The position numbers and the translations under genes were made by a program. Below are positions 27,961 to 41,796 of a stretch of 64,000 nt of DNA, piece by piece. The stretch lies in assembly GCF_009914755.1 (NCBI RefSeq), contig NC_060928.1; one strand, 5' to 3'. Numbering within the stretch: position 1 is the stretch's first letter; every line of letters starts with the position of its first letter. The notes under the pieces are model-generated. The model worked only from the letters and a program-made list of their open reading frames with translations, ran no database searches and was not told the origin of the DNA. Source of the stretch: the human T2T-CHM13v2.0 reference genome, Homo sapiens.

Positions 27961-28879
27961 CAGATTTCAGCACAGCCAAGATGATGAAAGGGTGAGAGTA
28001 TTGACAGTCCTAGAGTAAGAGCTTGTGGGGCTTTTTTCTATTTTTCCCTTCTCACTCTAAGGTCAAACAGGTGGCATATAGGTTGTTCTTCTGTGTGGTG
28101 CCACATGTCACAACTATAAATGGTGAGTAGATATTACCGAAAGGGTGTATTCTCATAATTAAGACCTTTCTAAAATAGGAATTTTTTTAAGTAAGGAAGA
28201 AATGTATTACCCTGAGACACATTAAAGAATAATCTGAATAGCCACTCTGAATAGCCACCTATCACAGTTCTGTAGAGGAGACTCACACATCATTTAAGTG
28301 CTTTAGAGCCTTTTATAACATGAGACTCCATTAAATTATCTTTTGTTTATAATGGATGAAAATTGTAATTTGAATTAAATTAAAACTCTGGATTACAGCC
28401 CTCTAGATTTGCTTTATATTTCTCTTCTTGTCTTATGTGCTGTCTCTTGTGTTACCAAGAAACTCTTTCTCTCTCACCTCCCTTCCATTTTGCACACACC
28501 ATACCCAGTTGACTAAAATGCTCTATTTTCTCATTCATTTTAACCTACTTCCTCACTGGAAGCTTTCCCAGACTAGTCTTAGTCTTTGTCAGGTTCCTGT
28601 CATATAGGTTGCTCCAGCCAACCCTTCTATTACTAGCATGTGCCAATCCACAGGTGGATGACACAGCCACTGCTTGTCAGAATGTCAGAAAATAGACATG
28701 TGTATTTACATAAGGGGTTTGCTAATTTGTCTGACAACTGCCATCCTATATCAGCATTCCCTAAGTCCATCTGAAAATGTAACCAATAAAGATTGGCTTG
28801 GCAAACAAGGAGTAAATAGAGAAAAGAGATGATTTCATAAGATGAACCAAATTTTTTATACGTTACAATTTTATATTAG

Positions 28880-29276
<397 letters not shown>

Positions 29277-29525
29277 TATTGTTTTTTTTGTTTTTGTTTT
29301 TGTTCTTGTTTTTGTTTAAGTTCCAGGCTACGTGTGCAGGATGTGCAGGTTTGTTACATAGGTAAATGTGTACCATGGTGGTTTGTTGCATCTATCAACC
29401 CATCCCCTAGGTATTTAGCCCATCATGCATTAGCTCCTTTCCCTAATGCTCTCTCCGCACCCACCCTTCCCCAACAGACCCCAGTAAGTGTTGTTTCCCT
29501 CCCTGTGTCTACGTGTTCTCATTGT

Positions 29526-32500
29526 TTAGCTCTCACTTATAAGTGAGAACATGCAGTGTTTAATTTTCTGTTCCTGCATTAGTTTGCTGAGAATGGCTTC
29601 CAGATTCATCCATGTCTCTGCAAAGGACAAAATCTCATGCTTTTTTTGGCTGCATAGTATTCCATGGTGTATATGTTCCACGTTTTCTTTATCCAGTCTA
29701 TCACTGATAGGCATTTGAGTTGATTCCATGTCTTTGCTACTGTGAATAGTGCTACAATGAATATACTGGCACATGTATCTTTATAATAGAATGATTCCTC
29801 TGAGTATATACCCAGTAATGGGATTGCTGGGTCAAATGGTATTTCTAGGTCTAAACCTTTGAAGAATTGCCACACTGTCTTCCACAGTGGTTGAACTTAC
29901 ATTCCCACCAACAGTAAAGAGTGTTTCCGTTTCTCTGCAACCTTGCCAGCAACTGTTGTTTCTTGACTTTTTAATAATCGCCATTCTGACTGGTGTGAGA
30001 TGGTATTCACTGTGGTTTTGATTTGCATTTATCTAATGATCAGTGATGTTGAGCTATTTTTCATATGTTGGTTGACCACGTAAATGTCTTCTTTTGCGAA
30101 GTGTCTGTTCATATCCTTTGCTCAGTTTTTAAGGGGGTTGTTTTTTTCTTGTAAGTTTCTTAAGTTCCTTGCAGATTTTAGATATTAGACCTTTGTCAGA
30201 TGGATAGATTGCAAAAATCTGTTGGTTGTCTAGTTGCTCTGGTGATGGTTTCACTTGCTGTGCAGAAGCTCTTTAGTTTAATTAGATCTCACTTGTTAAT
30301 TTTTGCTTTCGTTGCAATTGCTTTTGGTGATTTCATCATAAAGTCTTTGCCCATGCCTATGTCCTGGATGGTATTGCCTAGATTTTCTTCTAGGGTTTTT
30401 ATAGTGTTGGGTTTTACATTTAAATCTTTAATCCATCTTGAGTTAATTTTTGTATAAGGTGTAAGGAAGGGATCCAGTTTCAATTTTCTGGAAATGGCTA
30501 GCCATTCTCATAGCACCATTTATTAAATAGGAAATCCTTTCCCCATTGCTTGTTTTTGTTGGGTTTGTCAAAGATCAGATGGTTGTAGACATGCGGTCTT
30601 ATTTCTGAGTTCCCTATTCTGTTCCATTGGCCTACGTGCCTGGTTTTGTACCAGTACCATGCTGTTTTGGTTACTGTGGCCTTGTAGTATAGTTTGAAGT
30701 CAGGTAGTGTGATGCTTCCAGCCTTGTTCTTTTTGCTTAGGATTGTCTTGGCTATGCAAGTTCTTTCTTGGTTTCATATGAATTTTTAAAAAAATTTTTT
30801 GTTATTCTATGAAGAATGTAAATGGTAGTTTAATGGGAATAGCATTGAATCTTTAAATTGCTTTGAGCAGTATGGCCATTTTTATGATATTAACTCTTCC
30901 TATCTATAAGCATGGAGTGCTTTTCTATCTGCTTGTGTCCTCTTTGATTCCTTGAGCAGTGGTTTGTAATTCTCCTTGAAAGGGTCCTTCACTTCTCTTG
31001 TTAGCTGTATTCCTATTTCATTCTCTTTGTGGCAATTGTGAATGGGAGTTCATTTTTGATTTGGATTTCTGCTTGTCTGTTGTTGGTGTATAGGAATGCT
31101 TGTGATTTTTAAACATTGATTTTGTATCCTGAGACTGCTAAAGTTACTTATCAGCTTAAAAAGCTTTTGGGATGAGACGATAGGGATTTCTAGATATAGG
31201 ATCATGTCATCTGCAAACAAAAACAATTTGACTTCCTTTCTTCCTATTTGAATACCTTTATTATTTTCTCTTGCCTGATTGCCCTGGCCAGAACTTCCAA
31301 CACTATGTTGAATAAGAGTAGTGAGAGAGGGCATCCTTGTCTTGTGCCAGTTTTCAAGGGGAATGCTTCCAGCTTTTGCCCATTCAGTATGATATTGGCT
31401 GTGGATTTGTCATAAATAGCTCTAATTATTTTGAGGTATGTTCCTTTAATACTTAGTTTTCCCATTTCTTAGTTTCCATTTCTTCTATATTTTCCAGTTT
31501 ATTTGTGTAGAGGTGTTTATAGTATTCTCTGATGGTTATTTGCATCTCTGTGGGGTCAGTGTGGTATCCCCTTTATTGTTTCTGATTGTGTTTATTTGAA
31601 TCTTCTCTTTTCTTCTTTATTAGTCTCATTAGTGGTCTATTTTATAGATTTTTCTCAAAACCAGATCCTGGATTCATTGATTTTTTTGAAGGATTTTTCA
31701 TGTCTCTATCTCCTTCAGTTCCTCCCTGAGCTTGGTTATTTCTTGTCTTCTGCTAGCTCTGAGGTTTGTTTGCTCTTGGTTCTCTAGTTCTTTTAGCTGT
31801 GATGTTAGGGTGTCAATTTGAGATCTTTCTAGCTTTTTGATGTGGGCATTTAGTGCTATAAACTTCCCTCTTAACACTGCTTTAACTGTATCCCAGAGAT
31901 TCTGGTACATTTTCTCTTTGTTCTCATTGGTTTCAGAGAACTTCTTGATTTCTGCCTTAATTTCATTATTTACCCAGGAGTCATTCAGGAGCAGGTTGTT
32001 CAATCTTCATGTAGTTGTGTGGTTTTGAGTGGGCTTTTTAGTCTTGAGTTCTAATTTAGTTGCACTATCTGAGAGACTGTTATGATTTCAGTTTTGTTTT
32101 TGTTTTTTTTGCATTTGCTGAGGAGTGTTTCACTTCCAATTATGTGATCAATTTTAGATTAAGTCCCATGTGGCACTGAAAAAAAATTATGTTGTTTTTG
32201 GGTGGAGAGCTCTGTAGATATCTATCAGGTCCACTTGGTCTAGAGCTGAGTTCAAGTCCTGAATATCTTTGTTAATTTTCTGTCTCAATGATCTGTCTGA
32301 TACTGACAGTGGGGTATTAAAGCCTCCCACTACTATTGTGTAGGGGGTCTAACTCTCTTTGTAGGTCTCTAAGAATTTGTTTTATGAATCTGGGTGCTCC
32401 TGTATTGGGTGCATATATATTTAGGATAGTTAGCTCTTCTCACTGAATTGAACCCTTTAACATTAAGTAATGCCCTTGTTTGTCTTTTTTGACCTTTGTT

Positions 32501-32760
32501 GGTTTAAAGTCTATTTTGTCAGAAACTAGGATTGCAACCCCTGCAGTTTCCTGCTTTCCATTTGCTTGGTAAATTTTCCTCCATCCCTTTATTTTGAGCT
32601 TATGTGCGTCTTTGCATATGAGATGTGTCTCTTGAATACAGAACACTAATGAGTCTTGCGTTTGTATGCAGCTTGACATTTCGTGTGTTTTAATTGGGGC
32701 ATTTAGCCCATTTACATTTATTGTTAATATTGTTATGTGTGAATTTGATCCTGTCATCAT
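29526..32760 (-). pseudogene. L1 ORF2 (endonuclease/RT), fragmented
   Basis: ORFs [57 protein letters not shown] in different frames; ~570 bp missing at ~31470. Confidence 0.95.
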
Positions 32761-32829
32761 GACGCTGGCTGGTTAATTTTGCAGACTTGTTGATGTAGTT
32801 GCTTCATAGTGTCATCGGTCTGGGTACTT

Positions 32830-33845
32830 CGGTGTGTTTTTGTAGTGTCTGGTAATGGTTTTTCCTGTCCACATTTAGTGCTTCTTTCAGGAGCTCTTGC
32901 AAGGCAGGCCTGGTGGTGACAAAATCTCAGTATTTGCTTGTCTGAAAAAAAATTTATTTCTCCTTCACTTGTGAAGCTTAGTTTGGCCAGATATGAAATT
33001 CTGGGTTGGAATTTCTTTTCTTTAAGAATGTTGAATATTGACCCCCAATCTCTTCTGGCTTATGGGGTTTCCGCTGAGAAGTCTGCTGTTAGTCTGATGG
33101 GCTTCCCTTTGTGTGTGACCTGACCTCTCTCTCTGGCTTCCTTTAACATTTTTTCTTTCATTTCGACCTTGAAGAATCTGATGATTATGTGTCTTGGGGT
33201 AGATGCTTTCGTGGAGTATCTTGTTAGGGTTCTCTGAATTTCCTGAATTTGAATATTGGCCTGTCTTGCTAGGTTAGGGAAGTTCTTCTGGATGATATCC
33301 TGCAGTGTGTTTTCCAACTTGGTTCCATTCTCCCCATCTCTTTCAGGTACTCCAGTCAGTCGTAGGTTTGGTCTTTTTACACAGTCTCATAGTTCTTGGA
33401 GGTTTCGTTCATTCCTTTTCATTCTTTTTTCTCTAATCTTGTTTGCCTGCCTTATTTCAGTGAGATAGTCTTCAAGCTCTGATATTCTCTCTTCCGTTTG
33501 GTTGATTTGGCTATTAATACTTGTGTTTGGGTCATGAAGTTCTCATGCTGTGTTTTTCAGCTCCATCAGGTCATTTATATTCCTCTCGAAACTGGTTATT
33601 CTAGTTCACAGCTCATGTAATCTTTTATCATGGTTCTTAGCTTCTTTGCATTGGGTTAGACCATAATCCTTTAGCTCAGCAAAATTCATTATTACCCACT
33701 TTCTGAGGCCTACTTCTGTCAGTTCATCTATCTCATCTTCAGCCCAGTTCTGTGCCCTTGCTGGAGAAGTGTTGTGATTATTTGAAGGAAAAGAGGCATG
33801 CTGACTTTTGGGATTTCTAACATTTTTGCATAGGTTTTTCCTCAT
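32830..33845 (-). pseudogene. L1 ORF1, fragmented
   Basis: ORFs 33606..33845 (MRKNLCKN...AQNWAEDEIDELTEVG) and 33060..33317 (ENTLQDIIQKNFPNLARQANIQ). Confidence 0.93.
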
Positions 33846-35455
33846 CTTCGTGGATTTATCTACCTTTGATCTTTGAGGCTGATGATTTTTGGATGGGGTT
33901 TTTGTGGGGTCTTTTTTGTTGATGTTGTTGTTGTTGCTTTCTGTTTGTTTGTTTTCCTTCTAACAGTCAGGCCCCTCTTCTGCAGGTCTGCTGCAGTTTG
34001 CTAGGGGTCCACATCAGACCCTATTCACCTGTGTATCACCAGTGAAGGCTTCAAAACAGCAAAGGTTTCTGCCTGCTCCTTCCTCTGGAAGCTTCATCCC
34101 AGAGGGGTGCCTACCTGATGTCAGCTGGAACTCTCTTGTGTGAGGTGTCTGTCAACCCCTGTTGGGAGGTCTCACCCAGTCAGGAGGCACGGTGTCAGAG
34201 ACCCACTTCAGGAGGCAGTCTGTCTCTTAGCATAGCTGGTGAGCTGTGCTTGGGGAATCCCCCCCGTTATGATCAGCCATTCTAGAGCTGGCAGGCAGGA
34301 AGGATTAAGTCCACTGAACCTGAGACTGTGGCCAACCCTCCCCTCAGGTGCTCTGTCCCAGGATGATGAGAGTTTTGTCTGTAAGCTCCTGAGTGGAGCT
34401 GGTAGATTTCCTGCAGAGATCTCCTGCCTTTGAGGAATCTAGAGAAGGAGTCTGGCCACAGCTGCTTTGCTGCATTGTGGTGAATCCCATCCCCTCCAAA
34501 CCTCCTAGTCCCCTTAGCACTGTCAGGGGAAAACCGTCTACTAAAGCCACAGTAATGGCAGTTGTCCCTACCCCATCAGACTCAGACAGACTCCAGACTG
34601 CTGTGCTGGCATTGGGAATTTCAAGCCAGTGGTTCTTAGCTTGCTGGGCTCCATGGGATTGGGACTTGCTGAGCCAAACTGCTTGGCTCCTGGCTTCAGC
34701 CCCCTTTCCAGCAGAGTGGACAATTCTTCTGTCTCACTGGAGTTCCAGGTACTGCTGGAGTATGTAAAAACTTCCACAACTCAATGTCTGCCCAAACAGC
34801 TGCCCAGTTTTGTGCTTGAAATCCAGGGCCCTGGTGGTGTAGGCTCATGAGGGAATCTCGTGATCCACGGATTGCAAAATTCCATAGAAAAAGCATAGTA
34901 CCCCTAGCACAGTCCCTCACCACTTCCCTTGGCTGGGGGAGGGAGGTACCCCTGCTCCGTGCACTTCCCCGGGTGAAGTGATGCCTCACCCGGCTTCTGA
35001 TCGCTCTTCCCATTGGTCACACCCACTGCCTAGCTTGTCCCAGTGAGATGAACTAGGTAACTTAGTGGGAAATGCAGAAATCACCTACCTTCTGTATTGG
35101 TCTCATTGGGAGCTGCAGACTGGAGCTGTTTCTATTCAACCATCTTGGCCCCTCCGATCAATACATTTTCTATGTATTTATATGCATTTATTGATTCATC
35201 AGAGACATTCTTAAACTATGTTTTCTTACCTTCTATATATATATTACTATCACTTTTCAAAATTCTTAAAGGTGAAGCTATTTCCTATTTTAGGTAGCAG
35301 TTTCTCAAATAGTTGCGGGCTTACCTTTGTGAGTATAAGAACTGCTTTATATTTCTCATATATTGTACATGTAATTATTTTCTTAAAATGAAGATGCTAA
35401 ATATAATTTAACATTTTGTGGATTCAGAATTAGTATTATGAAGATTAATTGATAA

Positions 35456-35760
35456 GGCCGGGCACAGTGGCTCCTGCCTGTAATCCCAGTGCTTTCGGAG
35501 GCTGAGGTGGGAGGAGGATTGCTTGAGCCCTGGAGTTTGAGACCAGCCTGGGCAACATGGCGACAACCTGTCTCTACAAAAAAATATAAAAATTAGCTAG
35601 GCATGGTGGCACACTTGTGGTCTTAGCTTCTCGGAAGGCTGAGGTGGGAGGATGTCTTGAGCCCAGAGGTTAGGGCTGCAGTGAGTCTTGTTTGTGCCAT
35701 TACACTCAAACCTGGGTGACAAAGCGAGACCCTGTCTTAAAAACAAACAAAACAACAATT
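35456..35760 (+). mobile_element. AluJ
   Basis: ggaggattgcttgagccc, ctgggcaacatgg, gagaccctgtct J diagnostics. Confidence 0.93.
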
Positions 35761-35887
35761 AAAAATTAAAAAACCATATTAGGCTCTGAAGTGGTAATAC
35801 AGTGTAACACAAGGAGGTGTATGGCCTTTTGACACTTCATGGCCAGAGCTTGCTTGCTGTGTTTTCAGACTTCCTTGCTGTCAAGCT

Positions 35888-36175
35888 TTTTTTCTTCTTC
35901 TTCTTTTTCTTAATACAGGGTCTTACTCTGTCACCCAGACTGGAGTGCAGTAGTACAATAATGGCTCACTGCAGCCTCGATCTCCTGGGCTCAGTCTCTG
36001 GAGTAGCTGGGACTATAGGTGCATGCCACCATGCCTGGTTAATTTTTGTATTTTTTGTAGAGATGGAGTTTTGCCATGTTGCCCAAGCTGGTCTCAAATT
36101 CCTGAGCTCAAGCGCTCTGTCCATCTCAGCCTCCCAAAGTGCTGGGATTACAGGAGTGAACCACCATGCCTGGCT
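35888..36175 (-). mobile_element. AluJ with small internal deletion
   Basis: Antisense Alu; ctcctgggctcagtctct lacks ~18 nt; TSD ctgtca(a/g)gct. Confidence 0.92.
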
Positions 36176-36417
36176 CTGTCAGGCTCTAGGCTTTAACTAT
36201 TTTTGAAAGTGGACTCACCTCTAAGCAAACTCCCTTCTCTACCTCTAATTTTTTGGATAGAATTTCTATGTATATATGTGGTAAAATGAGTAAGTACCAA
36301 TATAAAAGGAACAAAGGCATTGACAAGAGAGTTGGAAAAGTGGGATTCAGGAATTGGTAGAAATAAAAGGATGTTGGATACTCAAAATCTATATAGTAGA
36401 TTACATAAATTATTAGG

Positions 36418-36833
36418 TGACATAGTTTGGATGTGTGTCCCTGCCCCAATCTCATATTGAAGTGTAATCCCCAGTGTTGGAGATGGGGCCTGGTGAGAGT
36501 GATTGAATCATGGGGGTGGATTTCTCATGAATGGTTTAGCACCAGCTCCCTTGGTACTGTCTTCACAATAGTGAGTTCTTGTGAAATATGGTTGTTTAAA
36601 AGTGTGCAGCACCTCCCTCCTTGTTCTCTTGCTCTTGCTTCCACTATGTGACATGCTGCTCCCCTTCACCTTTCACCATGATTGGAAGCTTCCTGAGTGG
36701 GGACTCCCCAGAAGCAGATGCCCCCATGTTTCCTGTAAAGCCTGCAGAGCCATGAGCCAATTAAGCTTCTTTTCATTATGAATTACCCAATCTCAGGTAT
36801 TTCTTCACAGCAGTGCAAGAATGGACTAACACA
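36418..36833 (+). mobile_element. Solo MaLR LTR (MSTA-like)
   Basis: TG...CA ends, tgacatagtttggatgtgtgtccctg...ggactaacaca; perfect 5-bp TSD ttagg. Confidence 0.92.
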
Positions 36834-37025
36834 TTAGGCTAAATATCTTGATTTTGATGCATATTGTGATATGTCATTTAAGTTCCAATAAATAATGTAT
36901 GTCTTCCATCAAGCAAAACAGAAGAAAATTCAAAATCTATAGCTTAAATTAATGAAAAAAGGGAGGTATTTTAAGGTGAGGCCAACTGAGCTCTGGTCCC
37001 ATGAGATATAATTGGAAACCAGGCC

Positions 37026-37220
37026 AGCATTTCTCAAAGTATGATCTGCAGACCACCTCTACTATAATCACATGATGCACTTGTTAAATTACCGATGAAT
37101 AAGGCCCACTGTGAAATGCTAAAATGCTAAGTCAGAGATTCTGGGAGAGAGGGCTTAAGAATCTGCATTCTTAATCGGCAGCCCAGGTAATTCTGACCTA
37201 CTCAACTTTGAAACCATTAG
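37026..37220. mobile_element. MER5A-like hAT MITE
   Basis: cagcatttctcaaagt...ttgttaaa...aatctgcattcttaa...ccaggtaattctga...tttgaaaccattag. Confidence 0.75.
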
Positions 37221-37329
37221 TCTAGAATACAGATTTCACTATGGTTTCAAAGTTGATAAATGTGACTGACTGCTATGAGAAGGAAGGGGGAAAACGACCA
37301 GGGGATATTTGTGGTTAATTAGATAGGCA

Positions 37330-37530
37330 GGGTGGTGTGACAGTAAAGTGGGCTTTATAGCAACAATCCAGGATTTGACTAGCTGATACGTAGGGCAAGT
37401 CATTTAAATATCCTGATTATCTGTCTTTCTTCCTGTAAAATGTAAATAAGAGTACTACTGTAGGATCATGGTCATGAATAGAGAAAATTCGTATAAAGGG
37501 CACATATAGGGTGCCTGATAAGTTATAGCT
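37330..37530 (+). mobile_element. MIR fragment
   Basis: gggcaagtcatttaa...tttcttcctgtaaaatg core. Confidence 0.55.
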
Positions 37531-39295
37531 ATGATTATGTTGAGCCCTATGAAAGAGGATATTATTGTGCTTAATTTTTGCAGCTACATCTCAGAAAACT
37601 GCTGGGAAGCCCCAAGATCCAATATTTGAGAAAATATTTTGTAAGTAGGCCCTCTGACCCAATCCAATCATCACCGATACCTTATACATGGAGTACAAAC
37701 AGGATCCCACAAGAAATCAGCAGCCTGAGAGAAAACGGAATAAAATTTGTTTCAGAAACACGGCAGAGTAATTCCAACTTTCCATTGCTTTACACCAAGA
37801 CATGATTATAAAGGAAACTATAACTTCCTAAAGAGCAAAAAGAAATCATTTTGACTGAATTTGATGGGCTAGAAAAGATAAACTCTGCAGATAACAAAGA
37901 AACTAAAATTATAGCTCCAAGGAAGTAGAAGAAGAACATCAAGTTTTTGTTGTGTGTGATTAAATCTCATAGGAGCATGACAAGAAGACCTGAAGTGAGA
38001 AGAAAAGAAATGGTAGGTAAAATTTGTAAATGTTCAGTGTCCCTATAGCAAATCAGTGCAGTTTTGTGTTTGTGTTTGAAGAAATTACTGTTTCAGGCAT
38101 TAGGTCCTGGTGAAGATAGAAAGCACGTTTTGGTTGATATACAACATAATTGCAGAGAAGGATGAAGCACATTTAATACTTTTTCTTCTCAAATTTTAAA
38201 AGTGGTCATTTGGATAATGGTCAGAAGTAGGTTTTAATTTTCACAGCTTTAAAAAAAAATAGTTGAGAGGAGGGAGTGCCTTCCTAGAGAATCCTAGGTA
38301 ATTATTTTTCAGTTTATTAAGTGGTTATAGCTCTAATGCTGAACCACTAGAAAGAGAAAAAGTCTGGTTGTGATTTAAATTAAGGCAGCAGGCAATTAGC
38401 AAGAAAAGAAGGCTTCCTTATATTTCTTGTTTATTTTTAATAATGCCATCCAGGGAATAGATTTAACAGTATTATTTAAGAAGTTTCGTAATGTCTCTCC
38501 TTCCAGGCAGTGCTAGGATTGATTTTTAGCTTAAACTCTAACCTAGAAGTATTTTCAGAAACAAAACAAGCAAAACAAAACCCTCTTCCCATTGCTATTA
38601 AGGGAACAAACCACCAATAGAACAAAAGGAGAGAAAATCATGGGAACACAGAACTCAACAGGAAGTCATTCCTGGGTTTATGTCAATCTGACAGTTCAAC
38701 AGATGCGACTGAATAAAGACTGAATTTCTTAGAAATCAGTTCGTGAGGATTTCATTGTACTATTAACACTAGGCAACTATCGACAATCTGGAAAGTGCAG
38801 ATTGCCATTGTAAAAGAAAACTACAGGACCTCCAAAATAAAATAATCAGTATCAGTGAGGAGAATTCTAGATTAGCCTAGAAAAAAATCATTTATTTGAC
38901 CATACCTCACTAAAGTTTTTTTTAGCAGTTGCCAGGGATCAGATATTTAGACAAGATGTTCCACCTAGGTACTAGACTTTCTTCTATATGCTGGAAAGCC
39001 AGAGATGAATTAAAATACAGTCTATGACCTCAAAGAGCTTACAGTCTTAAGGAATTAGAATTCTTCATATCCTTTGTGCATGTGTACACTTGAGTTTAGT
39101 GTATTGTACACTATATATTGTTGCCATTTTATAAAATCATTTATCCATTAATTCTCTATTAATCCTTTTACTGTATTTATTGATAAACTACTCTAAGACC
39201 ATGTCATTGAGAAATAGTAGAAGCAGATTTACCTGATTATTCTGTCTGGATAGCAGTGACTTATCTGATAACAGATCAGGCCACCTGTTATACCA

Positions 39296-39727
39296 TGTGG
39301 AGGCCAAAGCAACTCCATCTTGCAAGGTAATCCACCACGTTGGCTTCTGATTAACCCCTGTTCTGGGAAGGCCTCTAAGATTTCCAGTTTGTCTACTGTT
39401 CCTTGTGTAAAGCAGGTACTTACTGTAAATCCTGCCCCTAAGTAAAACAACCTTGATGTTATCATACTTCAATTGTCCCACACCTCCCTTCTGAACCACC
39501 CCTTCCCTATGGTACACAAGCCCTCAGTCTAAGGGGTCTGAGGGGTAATGGCACAGGGATCCACCATCTTGTCTTGCCACCACTCAAGACACAGACATGG
39601 CTTCTTTTTGTCAGTCCCTATTAAATGTTTCTTTCTAAGAAACTCAGTTTGCCTGCCTCTTTCTTTGGCCTCTCAACTTCCTCGGACTTTAGGGATAGGT
39701 TTGCATAGACCTTCATGCTGCAAGACA
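39296..39727 (+). mobile_element. Solo ERV1 LTR (MER31-like)
   Basis: tgtggaggccaaagcaactccatcttg...ttctgattaacccc...attaaa polyA signal...ca end; flanks tacca/taccc. Confidence 0.75.
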
Positions 39728-40466
39728 TACCCTTTGAGGACTATGGCCTTAACAAGGCTTATTTGAAGCTGGAAGTGTACACATTTTTAACAATGGCACA
39801 TTATTACTTTATAGTAGGAAAAAATCATTGTGAATGGTTTTACAGGAAAGTGATATTACATATGAAAGGTAAAATAGTTATTAACCTCCCTTTAAGAGAT
39901 TTCAACAAGAATCTAAATTTTCTTTTTATAGGGAGAATCCAATTCTTTCACAAAGTGTATCATCGTCACTTGGGCATAATTCATTGCCAAGGAATGACTC
40001 CTCACACAGATACTGGTGTTAGTAAGGTATTTGCATTTTTCATGCATTTCTCTGCAGTTCAGAGCTTTATGTTTGGAAAAACAAATTAAGGCTAAAGTTA
40101 TATAATCCTAATCTGGTCCTACCTTCACTGAAAACCAATACCTCTCTGGCATGATTTCACTGTTCTAGCCCAGGCTGAAACTGCCATTTTAGTATTTTAA
40201 AAACTATCTTTTGTAACCATATCAAAGAAATTCTTTCAAGTTGAGTTACATGTTATTGATTTTTGGCATTTCTGGAGGAAGAAGTTGGCTCTATTTTGAC
40301 ATAAGGTGTGATGATCATTTTTAAATGGACAAGATGGACTTTAGTCAAAAGACCTTGATTTGTTCCTTCTAAAGTGATTTAGTATTCTGAAACAGGCAGC
40401 TGTGGTATGCTTTTAAATCTTCTACCTGACTCGGAAAGAAGGAACAGAAAGAGGCAGCTTGACTAT

Positions 40467-40522
40467 TATATACGTATATGCATGTGTGTGCATGCATGTG
40501 TGTACACATGCCTATGTTCTAA

Positions 40523-40560
<38 letters not shown>

Positions 40561-40575
40561 CCCAGAATATATATA
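40467..40575. repeat. Compound (TA)/(TG) low-complexity tract with a (GT)n core
   Basis: Alternating purine-pyrimidine run with ~(GT)14 at 40531-40558. Confidence 0.92.
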
Positions 40576-41501
40576 CAATGAATTTTAAAGTCTTGAACTA
40601 GTTTTTTTCCTTCACAGTAACATGCGAGAGCGTACCTTGAACTGTTTTCCATCATGATTAATTGCTGAGTAACAAAGGGTTCCCCAAATCCTCAGAAAGA
40701 GTCTTTTCATGGCTTACAATGAATGCATCTCCTTTGACAAAGTCACTAGCAGGAAGGATAAAAAAGAGCTTAAGTAGCAAACACACCTCCATTTGTTGTA
40801 AACCCAAGCTAAGCTTTTTATAGCTGCTTTTCATTTTCTTTGTCTTGAGCTAAGTAACTTCTAAACAAGGGGAATCTCTCTGTAGTTATAATGTGACTGA
40901 GGCACAGGGTTAGCCTTTTGAAATAGTCCAACCCGGTTTTCTTCCTTTCTTTTAAATACTAAGCATGAAGTCATAAATTAGAAAATGCATAGATTTTCTG
41001 TTATAAGCCCATTTATTAAGGTCTGACAGAATAACTCTATCTAGTTTAATCTAGTTGCAGGGCACTTAGATTTATTAAAGGAAGCTGTAATACCTTTCTT
41101 TCAAAGAAGAGCCAGGCACACCTACTGTATTCAGAGATTATGGTGATTTAGCAGCAATGTGTGGGATATTTCTTTTTCCTTCTGACTTCTTTTATGACAT
41201 TTTTGAAAGCTTCAAAAATAATAAACTATAAAACGAAATTTTTCTCTCTCAAAGATTGTCTTGTGGGTTTGGTATCCCTCACTATCTAAAATGCATTACT
41301 ATAAAAATTTTGCAGGTGCACGTATCTTTGTCACAGCAGAGTACTTGGTAACAAACAAATTACAATGAAGTTCATTTACAGTGGAGTGAGAGGTGTTCCT
41401 CATTTATTTTCCGATCTAAATTGTCCCATAAGAGACAGCAATCTTGGTACTTTTGCTCTTGCTAACAATTAGTGGAAAATAATTTTAATGATAGATTTAT
41501 T

Positions 41502-41796
41502 ATTTTTTTCTTTTCAGACAGAGTCTCACTCTGTCACCCAGGCTGGAGTGTGGTGGCCGGACCTCAGCTCACTGCAGCCTTTGCCTAGCAGGTTCAAGCA
41601 TTTCTCCTGCCTTAGCCTCCTGAGTAGCTAGGACTACAGACATGCACCAGCACGCATGGCTAGTTTTTGTGCTTTTAGTACAGACAGGGTTTTGCCATAT
41701 TGGCCATGCTGGTCTCGAACACCTGGCTTCACGTGATCTGCTCACCTTGGCCTCCCAAAGTGTTGGGATTACAGGTGTGAGCTACCACTCCCAGCC
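41502..41796 (-). mobile_element. Old Alu (Sz/Jb-like)
   Basis: Full antisense dimer, diverged. Confidence 0.9.

Noticed and set aside
37680-38012. Purine-rich stretch as a processed pseudogene
   Set aside because: The frames I translated gave short stop-interrupted peptides with no recognisable protein, and there is no poly(A) or TSD.
39715-40089. 124-aa ORF just downstream of the MER31-like LTR
   Set aside because: Non-ATG start, no recognisable domain, and AT-rich composition consistent with chance.
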